The position numbers and the translations under genes were made by a program. This document shows positions 54,375-62,552 of a DNA stretch of 64,000 bases, one piece after another. Every line of letters starts with the position of its first letter. The stretch's first letter is position 1. The notes under the pieces were generated by a model that had not been told where the DNA came from, made no database searches, and saw nothing but the letters and a program-made list of their open reading frames with translations. Source of the stretch: Eubacteriales bacterium (GTDB lineage Bacteria; Bacillota; Clostridia; Saccharofermentanales; DTU023); the NCBI GenBank assembly GCA_030537595.1, contig JAUNVR010000002.1, positions 5,750 through 69,749 on the forward strand, read 5' to 3'.

Positions 54375-57188
54375 ATGGCAGAGCAGAAGGCAGTAGCAGA
54401 ACTTTCGAAGCAGAGCTTATTAAGTGAAAGTGAAACATATCAATTAGGGCTTGCGGAGGTGATTGAGCGACTCTCAGTTTCTCCTGCCGAGGGGCTGAGC
54501 CAAGCTGAAGCCGAGCGCCGGCTCGAGCTTTATGGTCCTAATGAATTGGCCAAAGAAGAACATGAACCGCTGTGGAAGAAGTTTCTTTACCAGTTCAAGG
54601 ACACAATGGTCTTAATCCTGATCGCAGCCTCAATCTTGTCAATCTTTCAAGGTGATGTCTATGCTTCATTAATAATTCTGGCAATTGTAATCGTCAACGC
54701 TGTCTTAGGGGTAATCCAAGAGGGTAAGGCGGAACAAGCCATTGAGGCTTTGCAGCAGATGTCGGCGCCTAAATCCAGGGTCCTGCGTGAAGGCCAACAA
54801 TTGATGTTGGGCAGCGCTGACTTAGTCCCAGGCGATATCCTCTATTTAGAAGCTGGAGATATAGTACCGGCTGATCTCAGGATTCTAGAATCGTCTAACT
54901 TAAAGGCGGAGGAGGCGGCTTTGACCGGCGAGTCATTGGCCGTCGAGAAGGCTGCTGAGTTTAGCACCAGTGAGAAGATTGCCCTAGGCGACCGTAAGAA
55001 TCTTTTATTCTCGGGTACTTCCTTAACTTATGGTCGGGCCAAGGCGGTGGTATGCCAGACTGCTGAAGATACTGTCATCGGCCATATTGCAAGTTCTTTA
55101 ACCGCGATTGAAAAGGAAGAGACGCCTTTACAAAAGAATTTAAATCACCTCGGGAATATCCTCGGAATCATCTGTATTGCGATTTCCGTGATTGTCTTTT
55201 TGGCCGGTCTTTTACAAGGCGGCGATCCGCTTAAGTTGTTGATGACTGCAGTATCCTTAGCGGTTGCAGCAATTCCTGAGGGCCTGCCTGCTGTGGTAAC
55301 TATCGTGCTCGCTTTAGGCATGAATCGAATGGCTAAAAAACACGCCATCGTAAAGCGCTTGATGGCGGTTGAAACCTTGGGTTCTGTCGATACCATTTGC
55401 TCAGATAAAACCGGAACTTTGACTCAAAATGAGATGACTGTACAGCGTGTCTATGCTGACAATCAGCGTTTCGAGGTCAAAGGAATCGGCTACGCTCCTG
55501 TTGGCGAGGTGCTAAAAGAGAACGGAGAGGCGCTAGCTACTCAGGAAGTCGAGAGTGAGGCATTAAGAGCGCTGCTTGAAGTCTGCGTGCTCTGTAATGA
55601 TGCGAAGCTCAATCAGGAGGGGAATGAGTGGTCGATTCTCGGGGATCCGACAGAGGCTGCGCTCTTATCCTTAGCGGGCAAGCTGGGTTATGAAGCAGGG
55701 CAGTTAAAAGAAAAATATCAACTAGTAAAGGACTTGCCCTTTGATTCAGAGCGCAAGATGATGTCAGTTTTCTATGCTGGCTTTCAGGATGGTGTGCGCT
55801 CACTGACCAAAGGGGCGCCTGATATACTTCTCGCTCGCTGTACAAAGGAGCTAGTTAATGGTGCAGAGCGCGAGCTGACTGCTGCTCGAAAAGAGCAGAT
55901 CTTGGCGGAAAATACCGCGCTAGCAAAGCAGGCCTTACGGGTTTTAGCCTTTGCCTTTAAACGCGGTGAGGACAGTGAGAGTGCAGAATCAGAAATGATT
56001 TTCCTCGGTTTAGCTGGAATGATTGATCCGGCTCGCTCTGAGGCAAAGGAGGCTATTGCTGTTTGTCGTGAAGCTGGAATTAAGCCTGTGATGATCACCG
56101 GCGATTATAGTGATACGGCTGAGGCGATAGCAGCGGACTTAGGCATGCTTCAGCCTGGAGATAGGGTGATTGATGGTCTGGCGCTAGATGAGCTGAGTGA
56201 TGCTGACTTAGAGGCCGAGATTGATCAGATTAGAGTTTTTGCCCGAGTTTCTCCGGATCATAAATTGCGCATTGTTAAACAGCTCCAGGCCAAGGGACAT
56301 ACGGTCTCGATGACTGGTGATGGGGTAAATGACGCCCCTGCCTTGAAGCAGGCTGATATTGGTGTTGCGATGGGAATCACTGGGACAGAGGTTTCGAAGT
56401 CCTCGGCCGAGATGATTCTAACCGATGATAATTTCGCGACAATTGTTTCAGCTGTTGAGGAAGGGCGGGTAATTTACTCCAACATTCGTAAATTCGTCGG
56501 CTTTTTACTCTCCTGTAATGTCGGTGAGATTTTAGTAATTTTCCTGACTACCATGCTTTTAGGGCCGCAGTTTACGCCCCTCTTACCAATTCAACTACTC
56601 TGGTTAAATCTGGTTACAGACTCCTTCCCAGCCTTAGCCTTAGGCCGGGAGCGCGGCGAGGCCTATATTATGGATCGGCCGCCTCGTGACCCCAAGGAGA
56701 GAATTATCAATAAAGAGATGATTCTTTCAATCGCCGTGCAATCAATTGCAATCTTCGTTTCGGTCTTTGCGGCCTTCCAGCTTGGACGCTATTTCTACCC
56801 CGACGTGCTGCTGGGCGCCAATGAGCAGATTCTAGAATTTGCTCAAAGCTTTAATTTCTGGGCCCATGAAGGCTTTTCACCCTCTAATGGGGCACGGACC
56901 TTTGCCTTTGTGACCTTGATTACTGCAGAGCTTCTACGAGCCTTTACCTCACGCTCGGAGACGCAGTCAGTCTTTAAACTTGGCGTGTTCTCAAATAAAA
57001 CCATGAATAAGGCAGTACTGCTCTCCTTTGCGATGATGCTCCTGGTGGTCTTTATTCCGGCCCTGGATCGGCTCTTTTATACCATCAGTCCGAATCCTCG
57101 GGACTGGGGAATTATTATCGGCCTAGCCTTTATTCCCTTTGTGGCAGGTGAGCTCTTTAAGAAGATTTATCATCGGAGGGAAGCTTAA
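54375..57188 (+). CDS. P2-type cation-transporting ATPase (Ca2+-ATPase-like)
   Basis: Motifs TGES, PEGLPAVVT, DKTGTLT, MITGD and TGDGVNDAPALK. The ATG at 54375 is preferred over the track start at 54336, which overlaps the upstream gene. Confidence 0.9.
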   Translation: MAEQKAVAELSKQSLLSESETYQLGLAEVIERLSVSPAEGLSQAEAERRLELYGPNELAKEEHEPLWKKFLYQFKDTMVLILIAASILSIFQGDVYASLIILAIVIVNAVLGVIQEGKAEQAIEALQQMSAPKSRVLREGQQLMLGSADLVPGDILYLEAGDIVPADLRILESSNLKAEEAALTGESLAVEKAAEFSTSEKIALGDRKNLLFSGTSLTYGRAKAVVCQTAEDTVIGHIASSLTAIEKEETPLQKNLNHLGNILGIICIAISVIVFLAGLLQGGDPLKLLMTAVSLAVAAIPEGLPAVVTIVLALGMNRMAKKHAIVKRLMAVETLGSVDTICSDKTGTLTQNEMTVQRVYADNQRFEVKGIGYAPVGEVLKENGEALATQEVESEALRALLEVCVLCNDAKLNQEGNEWSILGDPTEAALLSLAGKLGYEAGQLKEKYQLVKDLPFDSERKMMSVFYAGFQDGVRSLTKGAPDILLARCTKELVNGAERELTAARKEQILAENTALAKQALRVLAFAFKRGEDSESAESEMIFLGLAGMIDPARSEAKEAIAVCREAGIKPVMITGDYSDTAEAIAADLGMLQPGDRVIDGLALDELSDADLEAEIDQIRVFARVSPDHKLRIVKQLQAKGHTVSMTGDGVNDAPALKQADIGVAMGITGTEVSKSSAEMILTDDNFATIVSAVEEGRVIYSNIRKFVGFLLSCNVGEILVIFLTTMLLGPQFTPLLPIQLLWLNLVTDSFPALALGRERGEAYIMDRPPRDPKERIINKEMILSIAVQSIAIFVSVFAAFQLGRYFYPDVLLGANEQILEFAQSFNFWAHEGFSPSNGARTFAFVTLITAELLRAFTSRSETQSVFKLGVFSNKTMNKAVLLSFAMMLLVVFIPALDRLFYTISPNPRDWGIIIGLAFIPFVAGELFKKIYHRREA

Positions 57189-57231
57189 ACTTTAACTTAG
57201 CAGTTTAAAGCCCGAATTATCAGTAAAAGAC

Positions 57232-57260
57232 TTGACAGCTGGAGTCAAATAAGCTAGACT
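57232..57260 (+). promoter_or_regulatory. Candidate promoter of the infC-rpmI-rplT operon
   Basis: TTGACA (57232-37), a 17-nt spacer, then TAGACT (57255-60). It overlaps a perfect 10-bp inverted repeat (57237-46 / 57257-66). Confidence 0.5.
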
Positions 57261-57391
57261 CCAGCTTGTTACATTAAGTAGATTCCGATCTCACCTTGAG
57301 CACAGCGAAGAGGTAAAGCATTTTCAATCCGAGAGGATTGTTTTGTCGAGCGGAATCAACACCGCTTTTTTTCTGCGCTAAAAGGAGGCAA
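57261..57391 (+). ncRNA. Probable ribosomal protein L20 leader (infC operon attenuator)
   Basis: About 130 nt of untranslated leader ahead of infC. It contains the hairpins caatcc-gaga-ggattg and gagcgg-N8-ccgctt followed by a T7 run (57348-57372), directly upstream of the infC SD. The position and layout match the L20-responsive leader of Bacillota. Its structure was not verified. Confidence 0.5.
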
Positions 57392-57919
57392 ATTATCGCA
57401 AGGCATAAAGACAACACCCTGATCAATGATGCGATTCGGTACAGTTCCGTTCGCTTGATCGATAAGGACGGGGAAATGATTGGGATGGTATCCCGCGAAG
57501 AGGCATTACAAAGGGCTGCTGAAGCAAGCATGGACTTAGTCCTAATTGCTGATCAAAAGGACAACCCGGTCTGTAAAATTATGGACTACGGAAAATATGC
57601 TTTTGAACAGTCAAAGAGGGCCAGGGAAGCCAAGAAGAACCAAAAGGTTACTCAGGTCAAGGAAGTCCAGATTAAATTGACCACTGAAGAACACGACTTT
57701 AATGTCAAAGTTAGGAACGCACGTCGCTTCCTCGAAAAAGAAGATCGAGTGAAGGTCGTAATCCGCTTCCGTGGCCGTGAAATGAACTATCAAAACCAGG
57801 GTATTGAAGTCATGAATGACTTTGCTGATGCGATTAAGGATCTGGGTACGGTTGATCGTGCCCCGCGCATGGAAGGTCGCCATATGGTCATGTATTTGGC
57901 ACCCTTAAAGGAAAAGTAG
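57392..57919 (+). CDS. infC: Translation initiation factor IF-3, probable ATT start
   Basis: The conserved N-terminus begins at [34 protein letters not shown] lies at 57383-88, and ATT 57392 (or ATC 57395) is the likely start. The track start ATG 57338 lies inside the leader terminator. Confidence 0.88.
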   Translation: MIARHKDNTLINDAIRYSSVRLIDKDGEMIGMVSREEALQRAAEASMDLVLIADQKDNPVCKIMDYGKYAFEQSKRAREAKKNQKVTQVKEVQIKLTTEEHDFNVKVRNARRFLEKEDRVKVVIRFRGREMNYQNQGIEVMNDFADAIKDLGTVDRAPRMEGRHMVMYLAPLKEK

Positions 57920-57935
57920 AGTAAAGGAGATAGAG

Positions 57936-58133
57936 ATGGCTAAGCAAAAAACACACAGCTCATCAAAGAAGCGCTTCAAGGTTACCGGTACCGGTAAGGT
58001 CAAGCGCGCACAGGCTTATAAGAAGCATATTTTGACTAAGAAAAGCACAAAGCGCAAACGTAAACTGCGCCAAGTAGTAGTGGCGAGTGATCCAGATACC
58101 AAGCGGATCAAGAAGCTCATTCCTTACAAATAA
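57936..58133 (+). CDS. rpmI: 50S ribosomal protein L35
   Basis: 65 aa, basic. Motif [22 protein letters not shown]. Confidence 0.95.
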   Translation: MAKQKTHSSSKKRFKVTGTGKVKRAQAYKKHILTKKSTKRKRKLRQVVVASDPDTKRIKKLIPYK

Positions 58134-58152
58134 AGAAGGGTAGGTGCAGTAA

Positions 58153-58500
58153 ATGGCAAGAATTAAACGTGGAGTACGGGCAAGAGCTCGTCATAGAAAA
58201 GTCCTGAAGCAGGCAAAGGGCTATTTCGGTAATAAGAAGAAACTGTTCAAGGTTGCTAATCAGCAGGTGATGAAGTCGGGTCAATACGCCTATAACCACC
58301 GTAAGCTGAAGAAGCGTGATTTCCGCAGACTTTGGATTACCAGAATTAATGCCGAGGCCAGAAATAATGACCTCACCTATTCTCGCTTAATCAATGGCTT
58401 AAAGCAGCAAAATATCGCTCTAGACCGCAAGGTTCTAGCAGAGATGGCTGTTTCTGACAAGGCGGCTTTTGCCAAGCTTTGTGAGCAAGTTAAGGCATAG
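58153..58500 (+). CDS. rplT: 50S ribosomal protein L20
   Basis: 115 aa. Motif [26 protein letters not shown]. Confidence 0.96.
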   Translation: MARIKRGVRARARHRKVLKQAKGYFGNKKKLFKVANQQVMKSGQYAYNHRKLKKRDFRRLWITRINAEARNNDLTYSRLINGLKQQNIALDRKVLAEMAVSDKAAFAKLCEQVKA

Positions 58501-58549
58501 AGATTTAGAGCAGAAGCTCGCCGGGGTCAGCTGATCCCGGCTTTTTAAT

Positions 58550-59377
58550 TTGGCTATGAAAGATAGTTTTCCAGAAAATTTACAACGTATCAGCTCAGCT
58601 GAGAATCCAAGCTTTAAGGCTGCCTTAAAGCTCTTATCTACGCATGGCCAGGCCAAGTCTGGGGCCATCCTTTTGTCGGGCTGGAGAGAGCTTTCGCAAG
58701 CCATCTCTTTAAATTGCCAGATTGACTATATCTTCCTGGATGAAAGTCCTGAAGCTTTAGACTTTTGGCGCTCTCATCAGGCGAAGATCCAGCCGGAGCT
58801 GGTCCGGATCTTAAGCCCAGCCTTGTACCGTAAGCTGTGTTTCAATCAAAGTGAGCAGTGGCCGATCGCAGTTATGCGGGTTCCAGAAGCGGATTTTGAG
58901 CAGGTGGATTTAAGTCAGCAGGAGCGAATTTTAGTCTTAGATCGAGTGCAGGATCCAGGCAATGTAGGAACCTTACTGCGGACAGCTGCGGCCTTCTCGT
59001 ACAATTTGGTGCTTTTGACTGAGGGCTCAGCTAGACTTAGTAATCCTAAGCTCTGGAGGGCTGCTGCAGGCTCTTTGGGAGCCTTGGACTTATACTCGGG
59101 CCTCGATCCTCTAAGGGTCATAGAAGCGCTTAAATCTGCCTCAGTGGAAGTTCTACTAGCTGACTTAGATGGGCTCGATCCAGCTGCGTACCTGAGCACT
59201 CAAGCATCAAACTCGCAGAAGCGGCCAAGGGCCCTGATTCTCGGAAATGAGGGCAGGGGGCCAGGGCCAGAATTTAGAGCAGAGGCTGAGCAGATTTTGA
59301 CTATTCCAATCTCTAAGGATGCAGAATCTTTAAATGTTGGAATTGCCGGCGGTATTCTCATGTATCTTTTGGCCTAG
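58550..59377 (+). CDS. SpoU/TrmH-family RNA 2'-O-methyltransferase
   Basis: 275 aa. Motifs DRVQDPGNVGTLLRTA, LILGNEGRG and IPISKDAESLNVGIAGGILMY. Confidence 0.85.
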   Translation: MAMKDSFPENLQRISSAENPSFKAALKLLSTHGQAKSGAILLSGWRELSQAISLNCQIDYIFLDESPEALDFWRSHQAKIQPELVRILSPALYRKLCFNQSEQWPIAVMRVPEADFEQVDLSQQERILVLDRVQDPGNVGTLLRTAAAFSYNLVLLTEGSARLSNPKLWRAAAGSLGALDLYSGLDPLRVIEALKSASVEVLLADLDGLDPAAYLSTQASNSQKRPRALILGNEGRGPGPEFRAEAEQILTIPISKDAESLNVGIAGGILMYLLA

Positions 59378-59394
59378 ATTGGTGAAAATTTCTC

Positions 59395-59423
59395 TTGCAC
59401 ATCAGTATTTTCTGTGCTACGAT
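59395..59423 (+). promoter_or_regulatory. Candidate promoter for tRNA-Glu
   Basis: TTGCAC, a 17-nt spacer, then TACGAT preceded by TGc (extended -10-like). Confidence 0.5.
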
Positions 59424-59460
59424 TTAGCTTGCTTGCTGATTTCAGCAGCAGAATAATTCT

Positions 59461-59535
59461 GGCCCTATGGTCAAGCGGTTAAGACGCCGCCCTCTCACGG
59501 CGGAATCAGGGGTTCGATTCCCCTTAGGGTCACCA
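59461..59535 (+). tRNA. tRNA-Glu (anticodon CUC)
   Basis: Nearly colinear with Bacillus tRNA-Glu (ggccc..tggtcaagcggttaagac.ccgcc). The anticodon loop is cuCUCac and CCA is encoded. Confidence 0.9.
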
Positions 59536-59536
59536 A

Positions 59537-59572
59537 ACTCTCACAGCAATTTCTGTGGGAGTTTTATTTTTT
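59537..59572 (+). terminator. Intrinsic terminator after tRNA-Glu
   Basis: actctcacag-caattt-ctgtgggagt followed by a T-rich run. Confidence 0.8.
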
Positions 59573-59654
59573 CTAAAAGTTACGAATTCGCAAATTTTCT
59601 ACTGAATAGTGTAGAATAAAAGGTAATGTTTTTTCAAAAAAGGTGGTATTAACT

Positions 59655-62528
59655 TTGCAGGATAAGATCCTAATTCGTGGTGCGCGAGAGAATAATTTAC
59701 GCAATATTAACGTAGATATTCCCCGCGATAAATTAGTAGTGCTGACCGGTTTATCCGGCTCGGGTAAGTCGTCTTTGGCCTTCGATACGCTTTACGCGGA
59801 GGGTCAGCGACGCTATGTCGAGTCCTTATCGGCCTATGCCAGACAATTTCTCGGCCAAATGCAGAAGCCGGATGTTGACCAAATTGATGGTCTTTCTCCG
59901 GCAATTGCGATTGATCAGAAAACTAGGTCTTCAAATCCGCGCTCGACCGTTGGTACAGTGACGGAGATTTACGATTACCTGCGCTTACTCTATGCTCGGG
60001 CGGGAACCACCCATTGTCCAGAGTGTGGGGCGGAAATAGCCCCGCAGAGCTTAGCCCAGATTATGGAGCGGATTGAGGCCTATCCAGAGCGCAGTCGGCT
60101 TTTGGTGATGGCGCCCTTAGTGCGGGACCGCAAAGGGGAGTATCAGAAGCTCTTTCCAGCCCTGCGTAAGGATGGATTCGTGCGAGTCAGAATTGATGGA
60201 GAAATCTTTGATTTAAGTGAGCTCGAAGATGACTTTAAGCTGAGCAAGAATCTGCGCCACAATATTGAGCTAGTGGTTGACCGGATTGTCTTGAAGCCAG
60301 AATCGCTGACACGTCTAGCTGATTCTCTGGAACTTGCTTTAACTAAGGCTGATGGCCTAGTTTTAATTCAGATTCAGGTTCCAGTTCCGGGTGAAAGCGG
60401 CGAGTACCAGATTGAAGAAAAACTCTTTTCTCAAAACTATGCTTGTCCTAAGTGTAATCTCGACCTGGGCGAGATTTCTCCACGCCTATTTTCATTTAAC
60501 AATCCGAGTGGCGCATGTCCGCGTTGCTCGGGTCTTGGTGAGCATTTAGAAATTGATCCTAATCTAGTGGTCTTTGACCCTGATATGTCTTTAAATGAGG
60601 GGGCAATCCAGGCCATTGGCTTTAATTTTGCTGATGAAAGCACCTGGTCCAGGGGTTTTATCGAGGCCTTAGCGAAACGCTATAACTTTTCACTGGATAC
60701 ACCATATAAGAAACTTCCAGAAGCGATTAAAAAGATAATTCTATATGGGAATGACGGGGAGAAGATGTCAATTGACACCTCGCGCTCACGCTTTGCCAGA
60801 AAAAAGGGTTATCGCTCGGATTGGAAGGGCGTTATTCCAACGATGACGAAACGTTTAAACGAGAATGTTTCTGTTGAGAAAAAGGAGTGGTACAGCCCCT
60901 ATATCTCGAGTACACCTTGTCCTGAATGCAAGGGGGCTCGTCTCCGGCGTGAGGCGCTGGCAGTGACTGTCGGCGAGCTGAATATCGCGGAGCTGTGCCA
61001 GATGAACTTGCAAGAGATATCAGATTATCTGCACCTACAAAGCTTCTCGGCTCAAAAAAGACAGGTTGCAGAGACTATTTTGCGCGAGATTTTGGCGCGC
61101 TTAAACTTTCTTTTAGATGTCGGTTTATCCTATCTTTCACTCAGCCGCTCGGCCGGAACCTTGTCTGGAGGCGAAAGCCAAAGAATTAGGCTTGCTACGC
61201 AGATTGGTGCTGGCCTGATGGGTGTCTTATATATCCTAGATGAGCCTTCTATAGGTCTTCACCAACGTGATAATCGGCGCCTTCTAAATACCCTTAAACG
61301 CCTGCGCGACTTAGGCAATACTGTTGTGGTTGTCGAGCATGACGAGGAGACCATCTGGGAGGCTGACCATATTTTGGACATCGGTCCTGGTGCTGGTTCG
61401 GAGGGTGGATATTTAGTTGCTCAGGGCACGGCAGAAGAGATTATCAAGGTGCCTGAATCGATTACTGGGCAATATCTTGGTGGCTTTAAAAAGATTCCAG
61501 TCCCCGAACAAAGGCGCAAGCGCGGCAAGAAGAATCTCGTGATTAAAGGCTGCCGTGAGAATAATCTAAAGGATATAGATGTCAGTATTCCCCTAGGTGT
61601 GATGACTGCTGTTACTGGAGTTTCAGGTTCAGGTAAGTCCTCCCTAGTGGATGGAATTATTCTGAATAAATTACGCGAGGCCTTGAATGGCGCACGTAGA
61701 ATATCAGCAAACTTCGACTCGGTTTCAGGTCTGAATTATCTGGATAAACTAGTGGCCATCGATCAGTCGCCAATCGGGCGTACGCCGCGCTCGAATCCGG
61801 CGACCTATACTGGTGCCTTTGATGAGATTCGTAAGCTCTTTGCCAATACTAAAGAAGCTAAGGCTAGAGGCTACAAGCCTGGTCGTTTCTCCTTTAACGT
61901 GAAGGGTGGGCGCTGTGAGGCCTGTAAGGGCGATGGTGTAAAGCGGATTGAAATGCACTTTTTACCGGATATGTACGTGGAGTGTGAAATTTGTAATGGT
62001 CAACGCTACAAAAGGGAGACCCTTGAGATAAAATATAAGGGTAAGAACATTGCTGAAGTTTTAGCGATGTCCGTGGAAGAGGCCTACGAGTTTTTTAAAG
62101 CGATTCCGCCCTTGCGTAAAAAGCTCGGCACCTTATTAGATGTCGGCTTGGGCTATATCAGCTTAGGTCAGCCATCGACTCAGTTGTCTGGGGGTGAGGC
62201 GCAGCGAGTTAAGCTCGCGACGGAGCTTGCTAAGCGGCAAAGTGGAAATAGCTTTTACATCCTAGATGAGCCGACTACGGGATTACACAGTGCTGATGTC
62301 CATCGTTTAGTTGACATCCTCCAGAGGCTGACTGACAATGGGAACACAGTTTTGGTAATCGAGCATAATTTAGATGTGATTAAGACCTGCGATTACATCA
62401 TCGACCTGGGTCCGGAGGGTGGAGACGGTGGCGGCACAATAGTCGCTCAAGGTACGCCGGAAGAGCTTGCCAAGAGCCCCCTCTCCTATACGGGGCAGTA
62501 CTTGAAAGAGATTTTGAAGAGGAAGTAA
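59655..62528 (+). CDS. uvrA: Excinuclease ABC subunit A
   Basis: Two ABC modules ([14 protein letters not shown] and [11 protein letters not shown]; LSGGESQR and LSGGEAQR) and zinc modules ([27 protein letters not shown]). The TTG at 59655 gives the canonical N-terminus [15 protein letters not shown]. Confidence 0.96.
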   Translation: MQDKILIRGARENNLRNINVDIPRDKLVVLTGLSGSGKSSLAFDTLYAEGQRRYVESLSAYARQFLGQMQKPDVDQIDGLSPAIAIDQKTRSSNPRSTVGTVTEIYDYLRLLYARAGTTHCPECGAEIAPQSLAQIMERIEAYPERSRLLVMAPLVRDRKGEYQKLFPALRKDGFVRVRIDGEIFDLSELEDDFKLSKNLRHNIELVVDRIVLKPESLTRLADSLELALTKADGLVLIQIQVPVPGESGEYQIEEKLFSQNYACPKCNLDLGEISPRLFSFNNPSGACPRCSGLGEHLEIDPNLVVFDPDMSLNEGAIQAIGFNFADESTWSRGFIEALAKRYNFSLDTPYKKLPEAIKKIILYGNDGEKMSIDTSRSRFARKKGYRSDWKGVIPTMTKRLNENVSVEKKEWYSPYISSTPCPECKGARLRREALAVTVGELNIAELCQMNLQEISDYLHLQSFSAQKRQVAETILREILARLNFLLDVGLSYLSLSRSAGTLSGGESQRIRLATQIGAGLMGVLYILDEPSIGLHQRDNRRLLNTLKRLRDLGNTVVVVEHDEETIWEADHILDIGPGAGSEGGYLVAQGTAEEIIKVPESITGQYLGGFKKIPVPEQRRKRGKKNLVIKGCRENNLKDIDVSIPLGVMTAVTGVSGSGKSSLVDGIILNKLREALNGARRISANFDSVSGLNYLDKLVAIDQSPIGRTPRSNPATYTGAFDEIRKLFANTKEAKARGYKPGRFSFNVKGGRCEACKGDGVKRIEMHFLPDMYVECEICNGQRYKRETLEIKYKGKNIAEVLAMSVEEAYEFFKAIPPLRKKLGTLLDVGLGYISLGQPSTQLSGGEAQRVKLATELAKRQSGNSFYILDEPTTGLHSADVHRLVDILQRLTDNGNTVLVIEHNLDVIKTCDYIIDLGPEGGDGGGTIVAQGTPEELAKSPLSYTGQYLKEILKRK

Positions 62529-62552
62529 GAAAAAGGAAGTCATTATCCAGTT

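Noticed and set aside
57338-57391. Track start codon ATG 57338 for infC, which would add an 18-residue N-terminal extension.
   Set aside because: The extension is non-conserved (MFCRAESTPLFFCAKRRQ) and spans the leader hairpin and its T7 run. It also lacks an SD, whereas AGGAGG immediately precedes the ATT/ATC at 57392/57395.
59573-59654. Possible LexA/Cheo box upstream of uvrA (acgaattcgcaaat).
   Set aside because: The sequence matches CGAAC-N4-GTTCG only in the first four positions and the right half-site is absent. It cannot be called an SOS box.
62380-62552. CtsR operator (GGTCAAA-NAN-GGTCAAA direct repeat) upstream of clpE.
   Set aside because: No such heptad repeat is visible in the 24-nt gap or in the last ~150 nt of uvrA.
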